A stretch of DNA of 64,000 nt from a bacterium (lineage in GTDB: Bacteria > UBA10199 > 2-02-FULL-44-16 > JAAZCA01). Position 1 is the first letter of the stretch. Every line of letters begins with the position of its first letter. Position numbers and translations under genes: made by a program. Shown in pieces: positions 13,268 to 23,457 of this stretch. The notes below the pieces were generated by a model. It searched no databases, was not told where the DNA came from, and saw only the letters and a program-made list of their open reading frames with translations. The stretch covers positions 864,001 through 928,000 of the forward strand of contig CAXXGI010000003.1 of assembly GCA_963674695.2 (NCBI GenBank), in the 5' to 3' direction.

Positions 13268-13370
13268 GGCAGTGAGAAGTGGGAAGTGCAAAGCGGGAAG
13301 AAAAAACTGCTAACTTCATTCACTTCGCTTTTTTTCACTTCCCGCTTTTCACTTCCCACTTCCCACTGCC
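13268..13370. repeat. Heptamer-repeat hairpin between tRNA-Tyr and tRNA-Gly
   Basis: GGC AGTGAGA AGTGGGA AGTGCAA AGCGGGA AG ... CT TCCCGCT TTTCACT TCCCACT TCCCACT GCC. Confidence 0.9.
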
Positions 13371-13387
13371 GTTCACTGCTTTCAATG

Positions 13388-13470
13388 TGGAGAGGGGAGG
13401 ATTCGAACCTCCGAAGCCTAATGACGGCAGATTTACAGTCTGCTCCCTTTGACCGCTCGGGAACCTCTCC
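13388..13470 (-). tRNA. tRNA-Tyr(GTA)
   Basis: GGAGAGGTTCCCGAGCGG...CTGTAAA, long variable arm, GGTTCGAATCC. Confidence 0.96.
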
Positions 13471-13477
13471 CCGACTT

Positions 13478-13562
13478 CAGTTAAAAGTGAAAAGTGAGAA
13501 GTGAGAAGTGAAAACAGAGAAAACTCATTGCATCTTCACTTTCCACTTTCTACTTTTCACTG
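13478..13562. repeat. Heptamer-repeat hairpin between tRNA-Thr(TGT) and tRNA-Tyr
   Basis: C AGTTAAA AGTGAAA AGTGAGA AGTGAGA AGTGAAA ... CTTCACT TTCCACT TTCTACT TTTCACT G. Confidence 0.9.
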
Positions 13563-13571
13563 TCTTTCATG

Positions 13572-13644
13572 AGCCGACGGCCGGACTCGAACCGGCGACC
13601 TGCTGATTACAAATCAGCAGCTCTACCAACTGAGCTACGTCGGC
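13572..13644 (-). tRNA. tRNA-Thr(TGT)
   Basis: GCCGACGTAGCTCAGTTGG...TTTGTAA...GGTTCGAGTCC. Confidence 0.96.
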
Positions 13645-13879
13645 ATGGTGTGAGTGTCGTTCACCATTCACTCGTCACACCGATTCGTTTCCGAACCTGA
13701 ACCGCAGCGTATCCGGCCACCCTCCACACAGGGCGAAATGTCAGAGAACACGACACCACGCCGCTGCAGGACACACGTGACTTCTCCCCTGAAAAACGAA
13801 CAATGTCCGTTCTCCTTGATATCACTCAAAAATGTGTCGTGTGGTCCTCGCGTCGCCGAGCCCATTCAAAAGTCGGGGT

Positions 13880-13908
13880 TATCTAGGTGAGGGGCGAATT
13901 TTTGTCAA
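13880..13908 (-). promoter_or_regulatory. Putative sigma70 promoter of the tRNA-tuf operon
   Basis: TTGACA-N17-TAGATA on minus strand upstream of the tRNA cluster. Confidence 0.6.
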
Positions 13909-14693
13909 GAATTTTGACAGATTTCGGTATGACTCTTGCTAGGGGATTCATATCTCCGCTGGCGAACGACCTCCCCCAGGATCAATGCCCCCGCAACGGA
14001 CACATTATACGACGATATATTTCCCGTCATCGGGATGGAGAGCAGAAAATCACACTTCTTTTGAACGAGCCTTCTGAGCCCTTTACCCTCAGACCCCAAG
14101 ACCAGAACTATAGAATACCCTTTAAAATCATGCTGATATATGTTTTTTTCCCCAGAACCTGAGGCACCCGCAATCCAATACTCCTTTTTCTTCAAATCTT
14201 CAATAACATGAACGATATTGGTTACTTGCGCAATTTTCATATGTTCGGTCGCCCCGGCACTGGCCTTGACCACCGTCGGCGTGATGGAGGCCGCATTATC
14301 CCGAGGGAGCACGACGCCTTCCACGCCCATCAGGCTTGCCGTTCGGATGAGGGCGCCCACATTCTGGGGATCGGTGATGCCATCGAGCACCAAGACGAGC
14401 CCCGTGCCGCGCCCCCCCTCCTGCTGAGCCTGCATCGCCTCGACCGAAACATAGGGATACGGTGCCACACGTGCGAGCACCCCCTGGTGGGTCTTGGCCT
14501 CCGTCAAACGGCCGATCTCATCGCGCGGCACCTGCCGCACCGCGAGGCCTCGCGCGGCAGCCTCATCCGCGATGGCCTGCACCTCCGGCGTCCCCCGGCC
14601 CGCGGCGAGAATGATTTCCATGAGGGCCCTCCGGCCGGAGCGCAACGCCTCGGCCACCGGTCGGACCCCATAGATGATCTCCGTCTTTGCCAT
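13905..14693 (-). CDS. rlmB: 23S rRNA 2'-O-methyltransferase RlmB (SpoU family)
   Basis: HQGV, LDGITDPQNVGALIRTA, VKASAGA, GSEGKG, NVSVA. Confidence 0.92.
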   Translation of the reverse strand: MAKTEIIYGVRPVAEALRSGRRALMEIILAAGRGTPEVQAIADEAAARGLAVRQVPRDEIGRLTEAKTHQGVLARVAPYPYVSVEAMQAQQEGGRGTGLVLVLDGITDPQNVGALIRTASLMGVEGVVLPRDNAASITPTVVKASAGATEHMKIAQVTNIVHVIEDLKKKEYWIAGASGSGEKNIYQHDFKGYSIVLVLGSEGKGLRRLVQKKCDFLLSIPMTGNISSYNVSVAGALILGEVVRQRRYESPSKSHTEICQNS

Positions 14694-14787
14694 GAACCAC
14701 TCCGAAATATGAAGCGTCTCGAAATAACATCAGGGATCCCACCGAAACGAGATCCCCGATGCAAGGCAACTGTTCATCACGTCACGA

Positions 14788-16857
14788 TCAATCCTTTTTC
14801 TCCTCACGCTCTTTCTTGGTCTCATCGATGATCTTCTGGCCGATATGCGCCGGCACCATATCGTAATGCGAAAAGTGCATCGAATAGGTGCCCGCACCGC
14901 TGGTAATCGACTTGAGACTCGCAGAGTATTGATAGAGTTCCGCCATGGGCACCTTCGCCCGAATAACGCCGGCCTCCATCCCCGCCACGCGACCCCGGCG
15001 CTGGCTGATGTCGCTGGAGAGATCACCCATATAATCCTGCGGGGCATAGACCTCGAGGTCGACGATCGGCTCGAGCAGCTGCGGCCCCGCCTCGAGCATC
15101 GCCGCCTTAAACGCCAGCGATCCCGCCACCTGAAAGGAGAGATCGGAGGAATCGACATCATGATAGGAGCCGTCGAAGACCGTCACCTTGAGATCGACGA
15201 CCGGGTATCCGGCCAACGCACCCTTCTGCATCACTTCGCGAACACCTTTCTCTACCGCGGGAATATATTTACTCGGAATCGAACCCCCGACGACCTCATT
15301 TGCAAATTCGAATCCACCACCCGCCGGCAACGGCTCAAGACGCAGCCAACAATCACCGTACTGTCCGTGACCACCGGTCTGTTTTTTGTGTTTCCCCTGT
15401 TTCTCCGACGTCTTCGTAATGCGCTCGCGATAGGGAATGTGGGGTTTTCCCAGATCCACTTCCACGCCATAGCGATCTTTGAGGCGTTTGACCATCACAT
15501 CGATCTGCACCTCGCCCATAGCGGTGACGATCGTCTCGGCAAACTCCTTGTCAATGTGATAGGTGAAGGTCGGATCGATATCGGTGAGCTTGGACAGCCC
15601 GATGCCCAGCTTGTCCTGATCCTTCTTGGTCTTCGGTAACACCGCCAACGGAACGACGGGCGTGGGAAACTCGATCGGCTCGAACTGCATCCCAGCACCT
15701 TTGGTCCCGATGGTATCATTGATATAGGTATTCTTGAGCTTGGCCACCGCCGCGATGTCACCGGCAGCTGCGGCTTCGATGTCGAGGCGTTCCTTGCTGC
15801 GCATGAGCATCAGGTGGCCCATGCGTTCGGAGGCATTCTGCGTAACGTTGTGAACATCGTCGCCGGAGGTGATGGTTCCGGAATAAACGCGGAAGAAACA
15901 GACATCGCCGATGCCCGGATCGGATGTGGTCTTAAATATCTGTGCCAACAGCGGACCGTTCGCATCCGCGATGACCTCGACCTCGGTTCCATCGTCGCGC
16001 TTGATCTTCTTCGGCGGCATATCCGCGGGGCTCGGAAAACTCGTCGTCGCGGCCGTGAGAAAGGCATCGATCGCTGTCCCGGTATACGCGCTGCCCGTAT
16101 AGACCGGATTGAGATTGCCCGATGCGATCCCCTTGACCACCCCCCGTTTAATCTCCTCTTCGGAGAGCTCTCCCGCCTCGAGGTATTTCTCGAGCAGGGC
16201 TTCATCGCTCTCAGCCACGGCTTCCATCAGTTCCATGCGCTTGGCGTTTGCCGCCTCGGCCATCTCGGACGGCACATCCCCCTCTTTGGAAGCGCCCCCC
16301 TCACCGACGAAGGCGCGCATGTCGATCAGGTCGACCACACCGGTAAAGTCAGCCCCACTCCCGATGGGCATCTGAAAGAGCGCCGCCCCACTGCAGAGTT
16401 CGGATTTGATCGATGCCAACGTGGCATCGACATCAGCGCGCTCCGCATCCATCTTGTTCATGAAATAGACGCACGGCTTTCCCATCTTCTTGGCATAATC
16501 GTCGAGTCGACGCGTGGGGATTTCAACGCCTCCGACCGCATCGACCATGACCACCACGAGATCTGCCGCCGCGATAGCGCCAACTGCATCGCCGATAAAG
16601 TCAGAATACCCCGGCGTATCGATGATATTGACCTTGAACCCCTTCCACTCGATCGGAATCACCTTGGACAAGACACTCTGCTTGCGGTCGACCTCGATCG
16701 AATCCGAATCGACCACAGAGTTGCCATCGTCAACTCGACCCATACGCCCAGTAGCATTGCTGACAAAAAGCGCCGCCTCGAGAAACGTCGTCTTGCCTAC
16801 GCCCTTTGAACCAACGATTGCGATATTACGGATATTGGCGGTATCGACTTTTTTCAC
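14788..16857 (-). CDS. Elongation factor G paralogue (EF-G2-like)
   Basis: Full EF-G domain order (KQTGGHGQYG, DGSYHDVDSS) with divergent G motifs GSKGVGKT, RKQSV, DTPGY; GTG start after AAGGAGG. Confidence 0.88.
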   Translation of the reverse strand: MKKVDTANIRNIAIVGSKGVGKTTFLEAALFVSNATGRMGRVDDGNSVVDSDSIEVDRKQSVLSKVIPIEWKGFKVNIIDTPGYSDFIGDAVGAIAAADLVVVMVDAVGGVEIPTRRLDDYAKKMGKPCVYFMNKMDAERADVDATLASIKSELCSGAALFQMPIGSGADFTGVVDLIDMRAFVGEGGASKEGDVPSEMAEAANAKRMELMEAVAESDEALLEKYLEAGELSEEEIKRGVVKGIASGNLNPVYTGSAYTGTAIDAFLTAATTSFPSPADMPPKKIKRDDGTEVEVIADANGPLLAQIFKTTSDPGIGDVCFFRVYSGTITSGDDVHNVTQNASERMGHLMLMRSKERLDIEAAAAGDIAAVAKLKNTYINDTIGTKGAGMQFEPIEFPTPVVPLAVLPKTKKDQDKLGIGLSKLTDIDPTFTYHIDKEFAETIVTAMGEVQIDVMVKRLKDRYGVEVDLGKPHIPYRERITKTSEKQGKHKKQTGGHGQYGDCWLRLEPLPAGGGFEFANEVVGGSIPSKYIPAVEKGVREVMQKGALAGYPVVDLKVTVFDGSYHDVDSSDLSFQVAGSLAFKAAMLEAGPQLLEPIVDLEVYAPQDYMGDLSSDISQRRGRVAGMEAGVIRAKVPMAELYQYSASLKSITSGAGTYSMHFSHYDMVPAHIGQKIIDETKKEREEKKD

Positions 16858-16973
16858 GGACCCTCCTTGTGTAGCGGAAATTCCCGTATGGGATCGACTC
16901 CGTATGAGGGCAAACATCTAGCGCGATCCCTTTTTGGAAATCAACAGGAAATACGGTAGGCGCGGATAGGCCG

Positions 16974-17342
16974 CTATGGAGCAAGTTCGCGCATGACGCT
17001 GAGAAGTTCGACCATATCGAAGGGTTTGCGGAGAAAGGGCGCGTCCCCCACGATGCGCTGCTGCTCCTCGCTGAGCAAGCGCCCGTAGGCGGTCACGAAG
17101 ATGATGGGAATACGGGAGAGCGCATCGTCATTGCGGATGCGCTCCATCACCTCGAAGCCATCGAGTTGGGGCATCATAATATCGAGCAGAACGATATCGG
17201 GCTTATTCTCCACCATCATCTGCAAACCGACAGCGCCATCGACCGCTTCGAACGTTTCAAACCCCTCAAAATCAAAGCGATCCTTAATCAACGCCCGGTA
17301 ATCCTCTTCATCGTCGATGATCAGCACACGTTTCTTCGTCAT
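16974..17342 (-). CDS. Single-domain response regulator
   Basis: VLIIDD, LLDIMMP, VTA, KPF receiver motifs. Confidence 0.9.
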   Translation of the reverse strand: MTKKRVLIIDDEEDYRALIKDRFDFEGFETFEAVDGAVGLQMMVENKPDIVLLDIMMPQLDGFEVMERIRNDDALSRIPIIFVTAYGRLLSEEQQRIVGDAPFLRKPFDMVELLSVMRELAP

Positions 17343-17536
17343 CACCCCTCCCTTTCCCTGGCCGCATACTAATGATGATATCAACTCAACCTATACGAAT
17401 CGATACCGATGGACAAGAGATTCAATCGGGGAATGAAAACTCGTGTGGAGAAAGGGAGATCCCATACAGGAACAGGGGACCCGTCTCACGACGGTTCCCC
17501 TGCTTGAGAAAGGAGGGTTAGGGTTTTAAACGCGTT

Positions 17537-17875
17537 TTACGCGTTATATTCGGTCATGGTCATGAGCTTCTGACGAATCAGATCCGCCTCAAAATCCATC
17601 AGGGCATACGGATCGTAGGTCGACAGCTCGGAGCGGGCCTCGAAATACTGGCAGCGGCAGTCGTGCATATACTGCAGCAACTCCTCGCGATGCTCGTAAT
17701 CCCGCGCCCGATCGTATTCCGCGCGCGCATATTCGTGGTTGATCGAAGAGGTCGCCATCTTGAGCTGGACCTCCAGAATCTGCTTGCGGGCATCGTCGGT
17801 CGCCCCCTCGCGCACCAGCGGCAGGATCTGGATCATCGTTCCATCATCTTCATGGGTCAGCGTCTCGGTTCTCAT
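17537..17875 (-). CDS. Hypothetical helical protein
   Basis: 112-aa ORF after AAGGAGG; no recognised motif. Confidence 0.65.
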   Translation of the reverse strand: MRTETLTHEDDGTMIQILPLVREGATDDARKQILEVQLKMATSSINHEYARAEYDRARDYEHREELLQYMHDCRCQYFEARSELSTYDPYALMDFEADLIRQKLMTMTEYNA

Positions 17876-18088
17876 TGCGCCCTCCTTCGATTGCCTGCAC
17901 CTTATGAGTATGCATGGAGGATGCCAAAAGGGCGCCGAGGAAGCACCACCGCAAGTCAATGATATCATTGATTTATTTTGGACGACTTCGAAGGGATATC
18001 GGATCGAGGAGGCGAAATTGGGGGAGAACTCCCCCTTTTCTGGAGACTGGCGACACCATTTTTTCCGGAGGGATAAAGACGAATGCGG

Positions 18089-18808
18089 CTATTCCTCGAT
18101 CTCTTTGAGGATCTGCCGAACCACGGCCCGAGGATCCTTGGCCTGGGAGATGGGGCGGCCGACGACGAGATAATCCGCCCCGGCCGCAATCGCCATGACG
18201 GGGGACGCGATACGGCGCTGATCCTGGGCATCGGAACCGATATGGCGCACACCCGGGGTGACGATGATGCACTTGTCGCCACAGACCTTCCGAATGGGGG
18301 CAATTTCGAGCGGAGAAGCAACCACCCCATCGAGACCGCATTCGCGGCTGAGCTTGGCCAACCGCACGACCTGCTCGCGCACCTCGAACTGCACGCCGAT
18401 ATCGCCGAGCGATTCCATGCTCGTGAGCACGGTCACCGCGAAGAGCTTGGGCATCTTGGCGCGACTTCCCGCCGCGTGACGAGCCGCTTCCACCGACCGC
18501 GTCAGCATATCGGCGCCACCGGCCGCGTGCACATTGAGCATCGCCACACCCAGCTTGGTCGCGATGGAAACGGCCTTGGCCACCGTCGAGGGGATGTCAT
18601 GATACTTGAGGTCGAGAAAGACACGACCACCGTTTTCATGGATCATCTTCAGCACGTCGGGCCCGAGTGCGGTATAGGTCGGCAGACCGACCTCGAAGGT
18701 ACGGACATCGTCCTTGAGCAGACGCACGAACTTCTCCGCCGCCTTCATCTCGTCGGCCAGCAGTGCGACGATCAGCCGATCCTTGTCTTTGATCATTTTT
18801 CCGGACAT
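18089..18808 (-). CDS. pyrF: Orotidine-5'-phosphate decarboxylase
   Basis: FLDLKYHDIPSTV, VTVLTS, VTPGVR, DQRR, VVGRPI. Confidence 0.96.
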   Translation of the reverse strand: MSGKMIKDKDRLIVALLADEMKAAEKFVRLLKDDVRTFEVGLPTYTALGPDVLKMIHENGGRVFLDLKYHDIPSTVAKAVSIATKLGVAMLNVHAAGGADMLTRSVEAARHAAGSRAKMPKLFAVTVLTSMESLGDIGVQFEVREQVVRLAKLSRECGLDGVVASPLEIAPIRKVCGDKCIIVTPGVRHIGSDAQDQRRIASPVMAIAAGADYLVVGRPISQAKDPRAVVRQILKEIEE

Positions 18809-18818
18809 CGTTTCCTCC

Positions 18819-20531
18819 TCAGGTACATTTAGCGACCAGCGTCACCATGCGTTCGACCGCCTCCTCGGGCGTACACTTGACCGCATCGCCACCACAGCGT
18901 TCCTTGATCTCGACCACACCGTCGGCAAGACCGCGTTTGCCCACAACGATGCGATAGGGAATGCCGATCAGATCGGCATCGGCAAACTTCACTCCCGCAC
19001 GCTCATCCCGGTCGTCGATGAGCACCTCGACGCCGCGTTCGGAAAGCTCGTCGTGCAACCGCTTGGCCATCTCCATCACATCGCCATCGGCCGCGAGCGG
19101 AATCACCTCGACATGAAACGGCGCGATCGGCAGCGGCCAGATGATGCCGTTTGCATCATGGTTCTGTTCGATCGCCGCAGCCGCCGTGCGCCCGATGCCG
19201 ATGCCATAGCATCCCATCTCCATCGGATGACTCTCCCCCTGCTCGTCGACAAAGGCCGCCTGCATCGCCGTCGAATACTTCGTGCCGAGATAGAAGACCT
19301 GTCCCACCTCGATGCCACGATGTTCCTCATAAATGCCGTCGTTGCAACGCGGGCAGGCATCCCCCGCATGCGCGCGGCGAATGTCATGGAAGGCCTCGAT
19401 CGAGAAATCGCCCAGCTGTACCTGCGTAAAATGCGCATCGCCTTGATTGGCGCCGACGACAAAATCGGACATCTCCGCCACCGCGTAATCGGCATAGATG
19501 GGAATGGAGAGACCGATGGGCCCGGCATACCCTGAAGGGGCTCCGGTCACTTCCACGACGGTCTTCTCCTCGGCCAGGTGACACCACTCGACACCGATCG
19601 CTTCCTTGAGTTTGGCCTCTTTGAGCGCGTGATCGCCGCGCGTCAGCCCCGCGATCGGACCGCGGTCGGTCTCGAAGATGATCGTCTTGACGATCTGCTC
19701 CGGCTCGATCTTCAGAAAGGCACACACCTCTTCAACCGATTTCGCATTCGGCGTATCGACTTTTTTGTATGCGCCCTTTCGCCCCTCACCCTTCGCCCCT
19801 CGCCCTTCGGGCTTCTTCACTTCCGCCTTCTCCACATTGGCCGCATATTCGCACTTCGTGCAGGAGACGATCTCGTCCTCGCCGGAGACGGCCAAGACCT
19901 GAAACTCATGCGAGCGACTGCCACCGATATTTCCGGTCATGGCCTCGACCGGACGATAGGTCAGCCCGCAGCGCGTGAAGATTCGATTGTAGGCATCGTA
20001 CATCACATCATAGGTGCGATACGCCCCTTCCTGGTCGCGGTCGAAGGAGTAGCCATCCTTCATGATGAATTCGCGCCCGCGCATCAGGCCAAAGCGCGGA
20101 CGAATCTCATCGCGAAACTTCGTCTGGATCTGAAAACAGTTCTTCGGCAGGTCGCGCCAGGAACGAATTTCGTGGCGCATGAGATCGGTGATCGCCTCCT
20201 CGTGCGTCGGCCCCACACAGAATTCGCGATCGTGGCGATCCTTAAAGCGCAACAGCTCCTTGCCATAGACGTCCCAGCGCCCAGATTCGATCCAGAGCTC
20301 GGCCGGCATGACGATCGGCAGCAGGAGTTCCTGCGCATCGGATGCGATCATCTCCTCGCGCACGATCGTCTCGATCTTGCGCACTACGCGTAGCCCCAAC
20401 GGCAGGTAGCTATAGACGCCCGAGGCCACCTTGCGGATGAACCCACCCCGCATCATCAGCTTATGACTTTCCACCTCGGCGTCATTGGGCGCCTCGCGCA
20501 GCGTCGGAATGAGCATCTTCGAGTAAAACAT
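18819..20531 (-). CDS. proS: Proline-tRNA ligase with editing domain
   Basis: GPTHEE, KFRDEIRPRFGLMRGREF, MGCYGIG, GVKFADADLIG. Confidence 0.98.
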   Translation of the reverse strand: MFYSKMLIPTLREAPNDAEVESHKLMMRGGFIRKVASGVYSYLPLGLRVVRKIETIVREEMIASDAQELLLPIVMPAELWIESGRWDVYGKELLRFKDRHDREFCVGPTHEEAITDLMRHEIRSWRDLPKNCFQIQTKFRDEIRPRFGLMRGREFIMKDGYSFDRDQEGAYRTYDVMYDAYNRIFTRCGLTYRPVEAMTGNIGGSRSHEFQVLAVSGEDEIVSCTKCEYAANVEKAEVKKPEGRGAKGEGRKGAYKKVDTPNAKSVEEVCAFLKIEPEQIVKTIIFETDRGPIAGLTRGDHALKEAKLKEAIGVEWCHLAEEKTVVEVTGAPSGYAGPIGLSIPIYADYAVAEMSDFVVGANQGDAHFTQVQLGDFSIEAFHDIRRAHAGDACPRCNDGIYEEHRGIEVGQVFYLGTKYSTAMQAAFVDEQGESHPMEMGCYGIGIGRTAAAAIEQNHDANGIIWPLPIAPFHVEVIPLAADGDVMEMAKRLHDELSERGVEVLIDDRDERAGVKFADADLIGIPYRIVVGKRGLADGVVEIKERCGGDAVKCTPEEAVERMVTLVAKCT

Positions 20532-20598
20532 CGAACCCCCCTGAATACACCATTACGCCATTGAGGAACCTGCCCGGGAATGCTGGTTTTGCTGGCTT

Positions 20599-20695
20599 TT
20601 GTCATTCCCGCGAAGGCGGGAATCTCGGTTATTCAAGTACTTCGAGATTCCCGCCGGAGCCTGTCCTGAGCGTAGTCGAAGGGCGGGAATGACAA
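20599..20695. repeat. REP-like double-hairpin element, copy A
   Basis: TTGTCATTCCCGCGAAGGCGGGAATCTCG...CGAGATTCCCGC[insert]GCGGGAATGACAA. Confidence 0.85.
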
Positions 20696-20718
20696 CAAAA
20701 CCCTTTTTCCGACAGGCG

Positions 20719-21783
20719 CTATTGAGCGAGCAGCAATTCAATTTCCTTCATCAGTTCGTCTTCGATATCCGCTTCGGGAACCGTTCGCAAAACCTTTCCC
20801 CCGCGGATGATCGCCCCCTTGCCCTTGCCACCGGCAACGCCGACGTCGGCCTCTTTGGCCTCTCCCGGTCCGTTGACGATACATCCCATGACCGCGACCC
20901 GGATCGGGGCACGCACGCCGTCGAGACGGTGTTCGATGCGATCGACGAGCGCCTCGAGATCGATCTGCGCACGACCGCAGGTCGGACAGGAGATCACCTC
21001 GGGATAGGGGCGCCGGCGAAGATTCAGGTTCGCCAAAATTTCATATCCGGCGCGCACCTCTTTGACCGGATCGGCGGTGAGCGAGACGCGAATGGTGTCG
21101 CCGATGCCGCGCGCCAAAAGCGTGCCGATCCCCATGGCCGACTTGATCGCGCCAGAGAGCAACGTGCCCGCCTCGGTCACACCGAGATGAAGCGGATAAT
21201 CGACCTTCTCCGAGAGCAGCGTGTAGGCCGCAATCGTGTCGGCGACGTTGGAGGCCTTCACCGAGATCTTGATGTCGTGAAAGTCGGCCTCTTCGAGCTG
21301 ACTGACGTGGCGCAGCGCCGAGGCCACGAGCGCCTCAGGCGTGGGATGGCCGTACTGTTCGCGCAGATCCGCTTCGAGCGAACCGGCGTTGACGCCGACG
21401 CGAATCGGCACGCCCTTTTCCTTCGCCACACGGGCGACTTCACGCACCCGCTCCACGGAACCGATATTGCCGGGATTGATGCGCAGGCCCGCGATGCCGG
21501 CTGCGATGGCGGCGAGTGCGAATTCATATCGGAAATGAATATCGGCGATCAGCGGAACCGGCGAGAGTCGCACCAGTTCCGCCAGCGCGGCACAGGCCTG
21601 CTCGTCGGGAACGGCCACGCGCACGATCTCACATCCGGCACGGGCCAGCCGCTCGATCTGCGCGGAGGTCGCCGCCACATCGGAGGTGTCGGTATTGGTC
21701 ATCGACTGCACGGAGATGGGCGCGCCCCCGCCCACGGCGACCGTCCCGATCTGGATCTGTCTGGTCTTTCGGCGCACATCCAC
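20719..21783 (-). CDS. ispG: HMBPP synthase IspG
   Basis: VQSMTNT, ADIHF, RINPGNI, HLGVTEAG, SCPTCGR, MGCIVNGPGE. Confidence 0.98.
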   Translation of the reverse strand: MDVRRKTRQIQIGTVAVGGGAPISVQSMTNTDTSDVAATSAQIERLARAGCEIVRVAVPDEQACAALAELVRLSPVPLIADIHFRYEFALAAIAAGIAGLRINPGNIGSVERVREVARVAKEKGVPIRVGVNAGSLEADLREQYGHPTPEALVASALRHVSQLEEADFHDIKISVKASNVADTIAAYTLLSEKVDYPLHLGVTEAGTLLSGAIKSAMGIGTLLARGIGDTIRVSLTADPVKEVRAGYEILANLNLRRRPYPEVISCPTCGRAQIDLEALVDRIEHRLDGVRAPIRVAVMGCIVNGPGEAKEADVGVAGGKGKGAIIRGGKVLRTVPEADIEDELMKEIELLLAQ

Positions 21784-21872
21784 TCCTGTTCAAAAAAGCA
21801 TGCCCATCTACCATGGAGGGAAAAAAAAGAAAAGGGGCCAAACGGGCCTCAGATTGATGAAAAACCCATACT

Positions 21873-21945
21873 TTGTCATCCTCGCGAAAGCGGGGATCTC
21901 GGTGTGCCGTTATAAGCGAGATTCCCGCCTGCGCGGGAATGACAA
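21873..21945. repeat. REP-like double-hairpin element, copy B
   Basis: TTGTCATCCTCGCGAAAGCGGGGATCTCG...CGAGATTCCCGCCTGCGCGGGAATGACAA. Confidence 0.85.
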
Positions 21946-22037
21946 TCTTTGGCTTTACAAGAATGACAGCATGAGAAGACTTTGTCAGCAGTCTGAAAGC
22001 CCCAAAAAGGCCTGTGGAGGCATTCCGATAGATTGGT

Positions 22038-23456
22038 CTACCGACGCCGTCTGACCCGGACGCGCTTGGGTTGCGGCCGGGTGATATGGAGCAACGCCTT
22101 GAGCAGCACTGCCACCAGGAGCATCCAGGCGATGCTGGGAATGCCGCCGGGGGCCATACCGCAGAGCTTCTTGCTGTCAGCGCCGTCGTCATCATCATCG
22201 TCGTCATCATCACCGGCATTGCGGCTCTCGTTCAAGCAGGGGTTGGAATCCTGGTCGAACGCCTCGATCGTGAGCACCGGCATCGTGATCGTCTCGCCGC
22301 CCTGCGCACAGCTGACCACCTCGCCGATCACGCCATCATCAAACCCACGCGGCGGATTCTCCAACGGCTCGAAATCGGAGGCACCGGTAAAACTCGAGCC
22401 GATCGCATCGTAGCGCACTACGTACTCCTCGCCCGGCTTGATCCCGTGCAGGAAGTAGCTCCCGTCGCCGGCGCACTCCGGATAGAGGACGCCGGAGACC
22501 ATGGAACGAACATCGACCCTCGTCCAATCCGTTATACTGGAGGCCTTCATCTGCGCGCTCAGACCATAGTAGTCGGTGCCCCCACCCTCATCGGCCACAT
22601 ACCGACGGGCATAGACGTTCACGCCCTTGAGCGGATTGCCGTCGGCATCGACGACGGTCCCGGTGATCGTGCAGAAGTTCTCCTCAAAATCCGCGGTCGG
22701 ATAAATCCAGGAGATCGCCACGATATCGTCCCGATGCGGCGATGCTTGATGCGTGGTGAGCAGTTCCGGATACATCGTGGGGATGTATTGCGCATAGTCG
22801 CACAACTCGCCCAATTCACACAGCCCCGCGACATCATGATTGACCTGCGAGTGATCCAGGTTGAGCAGGTGCCCCAGCTCATGCTGGATTGTCCCCTTGT
22901 ACTCCTCGACCGAGACCGTGCCCTGATCGAGCGGATAGCCGTTGAAGATCGCCACGCCCTTGAGGATGCGCAGGCCGTCGGCGCTGGAGAGCAGCGGCGT
23001 GGACAGCCCCACCACCGTCTCCTTCCCGCCCGGCACCAGGTCATCGGTGATCTCACCGGTCTGGTCGAAGATGACGACCGTGTTCGGATAGCTGTTGTCG
23101 AAGACATAGTCGGCGTAGTTCGCGATGGTGATGTCCTTGTCGATCTCACCGCCGACCTCGGTGGTAATAGCGGTCGTATCCACAAACTGACGATCAGCCT
23201 TCTGCATCGTAACCGTAGTCCATTCCTCCAGCGCTGCAGCGATCCACTCGCGCGCCTTCTGATTATTCACATCATCGGAGAGATCGCCGGTCTCGACATA
23301 CCACACCATCTTCTTGTCATCCCACTGCTGGACCACGCCAGTCTTGTTGATCATATCGACGACAAACGGCCCGCCGGCGATAGCGCGCGTGCAGAAGAGC
23401 ACCGCGATCATCATCGCCACAGACCCGAGAAGCGTTGTCGTCACCAGACGCCGCAC
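22038..23456 (-). CDS. Secreted matrixin-like zinc metalloprotease with C-terminal membrane anchor
   Basis: Signal peptide; HELGHLLNLDHS and Met-turn PTMYP; poly-Asp linker, CG, TM segment, Arg-rich tail. Confidence 0.78.
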   Translation of the reverse strand: MRRLVTTTLLGSVAMMIAVLFCTRAIAGGPFVVDMINKTGVVQQWDDKKMVWYVETGDLSDDVNNQKAREWIAAALEEWTTVTMQKADRQFVDTTAITTEVGGEIDKDITIANYADYVFDNSYPNTVVIFDQTGEITDDLVPGGKETVVGLSTPLLSSADGLRILKGVAIFNGYPLDQGTVSVEEYKGTIQHELGHLLNLDHSQVNHDVAGLCELGELCDYAQYIPTMYPELLTTHQASPHRDDIVAISWIYPTADFEENFCTITGTVVDADGNPLKGVNVYARRYVADEGGGTDYYGLSAQMKASSITDWTRVDVRSMVSGVLYPECAGDGSYFLHGIKPGEEYVVRYDAIGSSFTGASDFEPLENPPRGFDDGVIGEVVSCAQGGETITMPVLTIEAFDQDSNPCLNESRNAGDDDDDDDDDGADSKKLCGMAPGGIPSIAWMLLVAVLLKALLHITRPQPKRVRVRRRR

Positions 23457-23457
23457 G

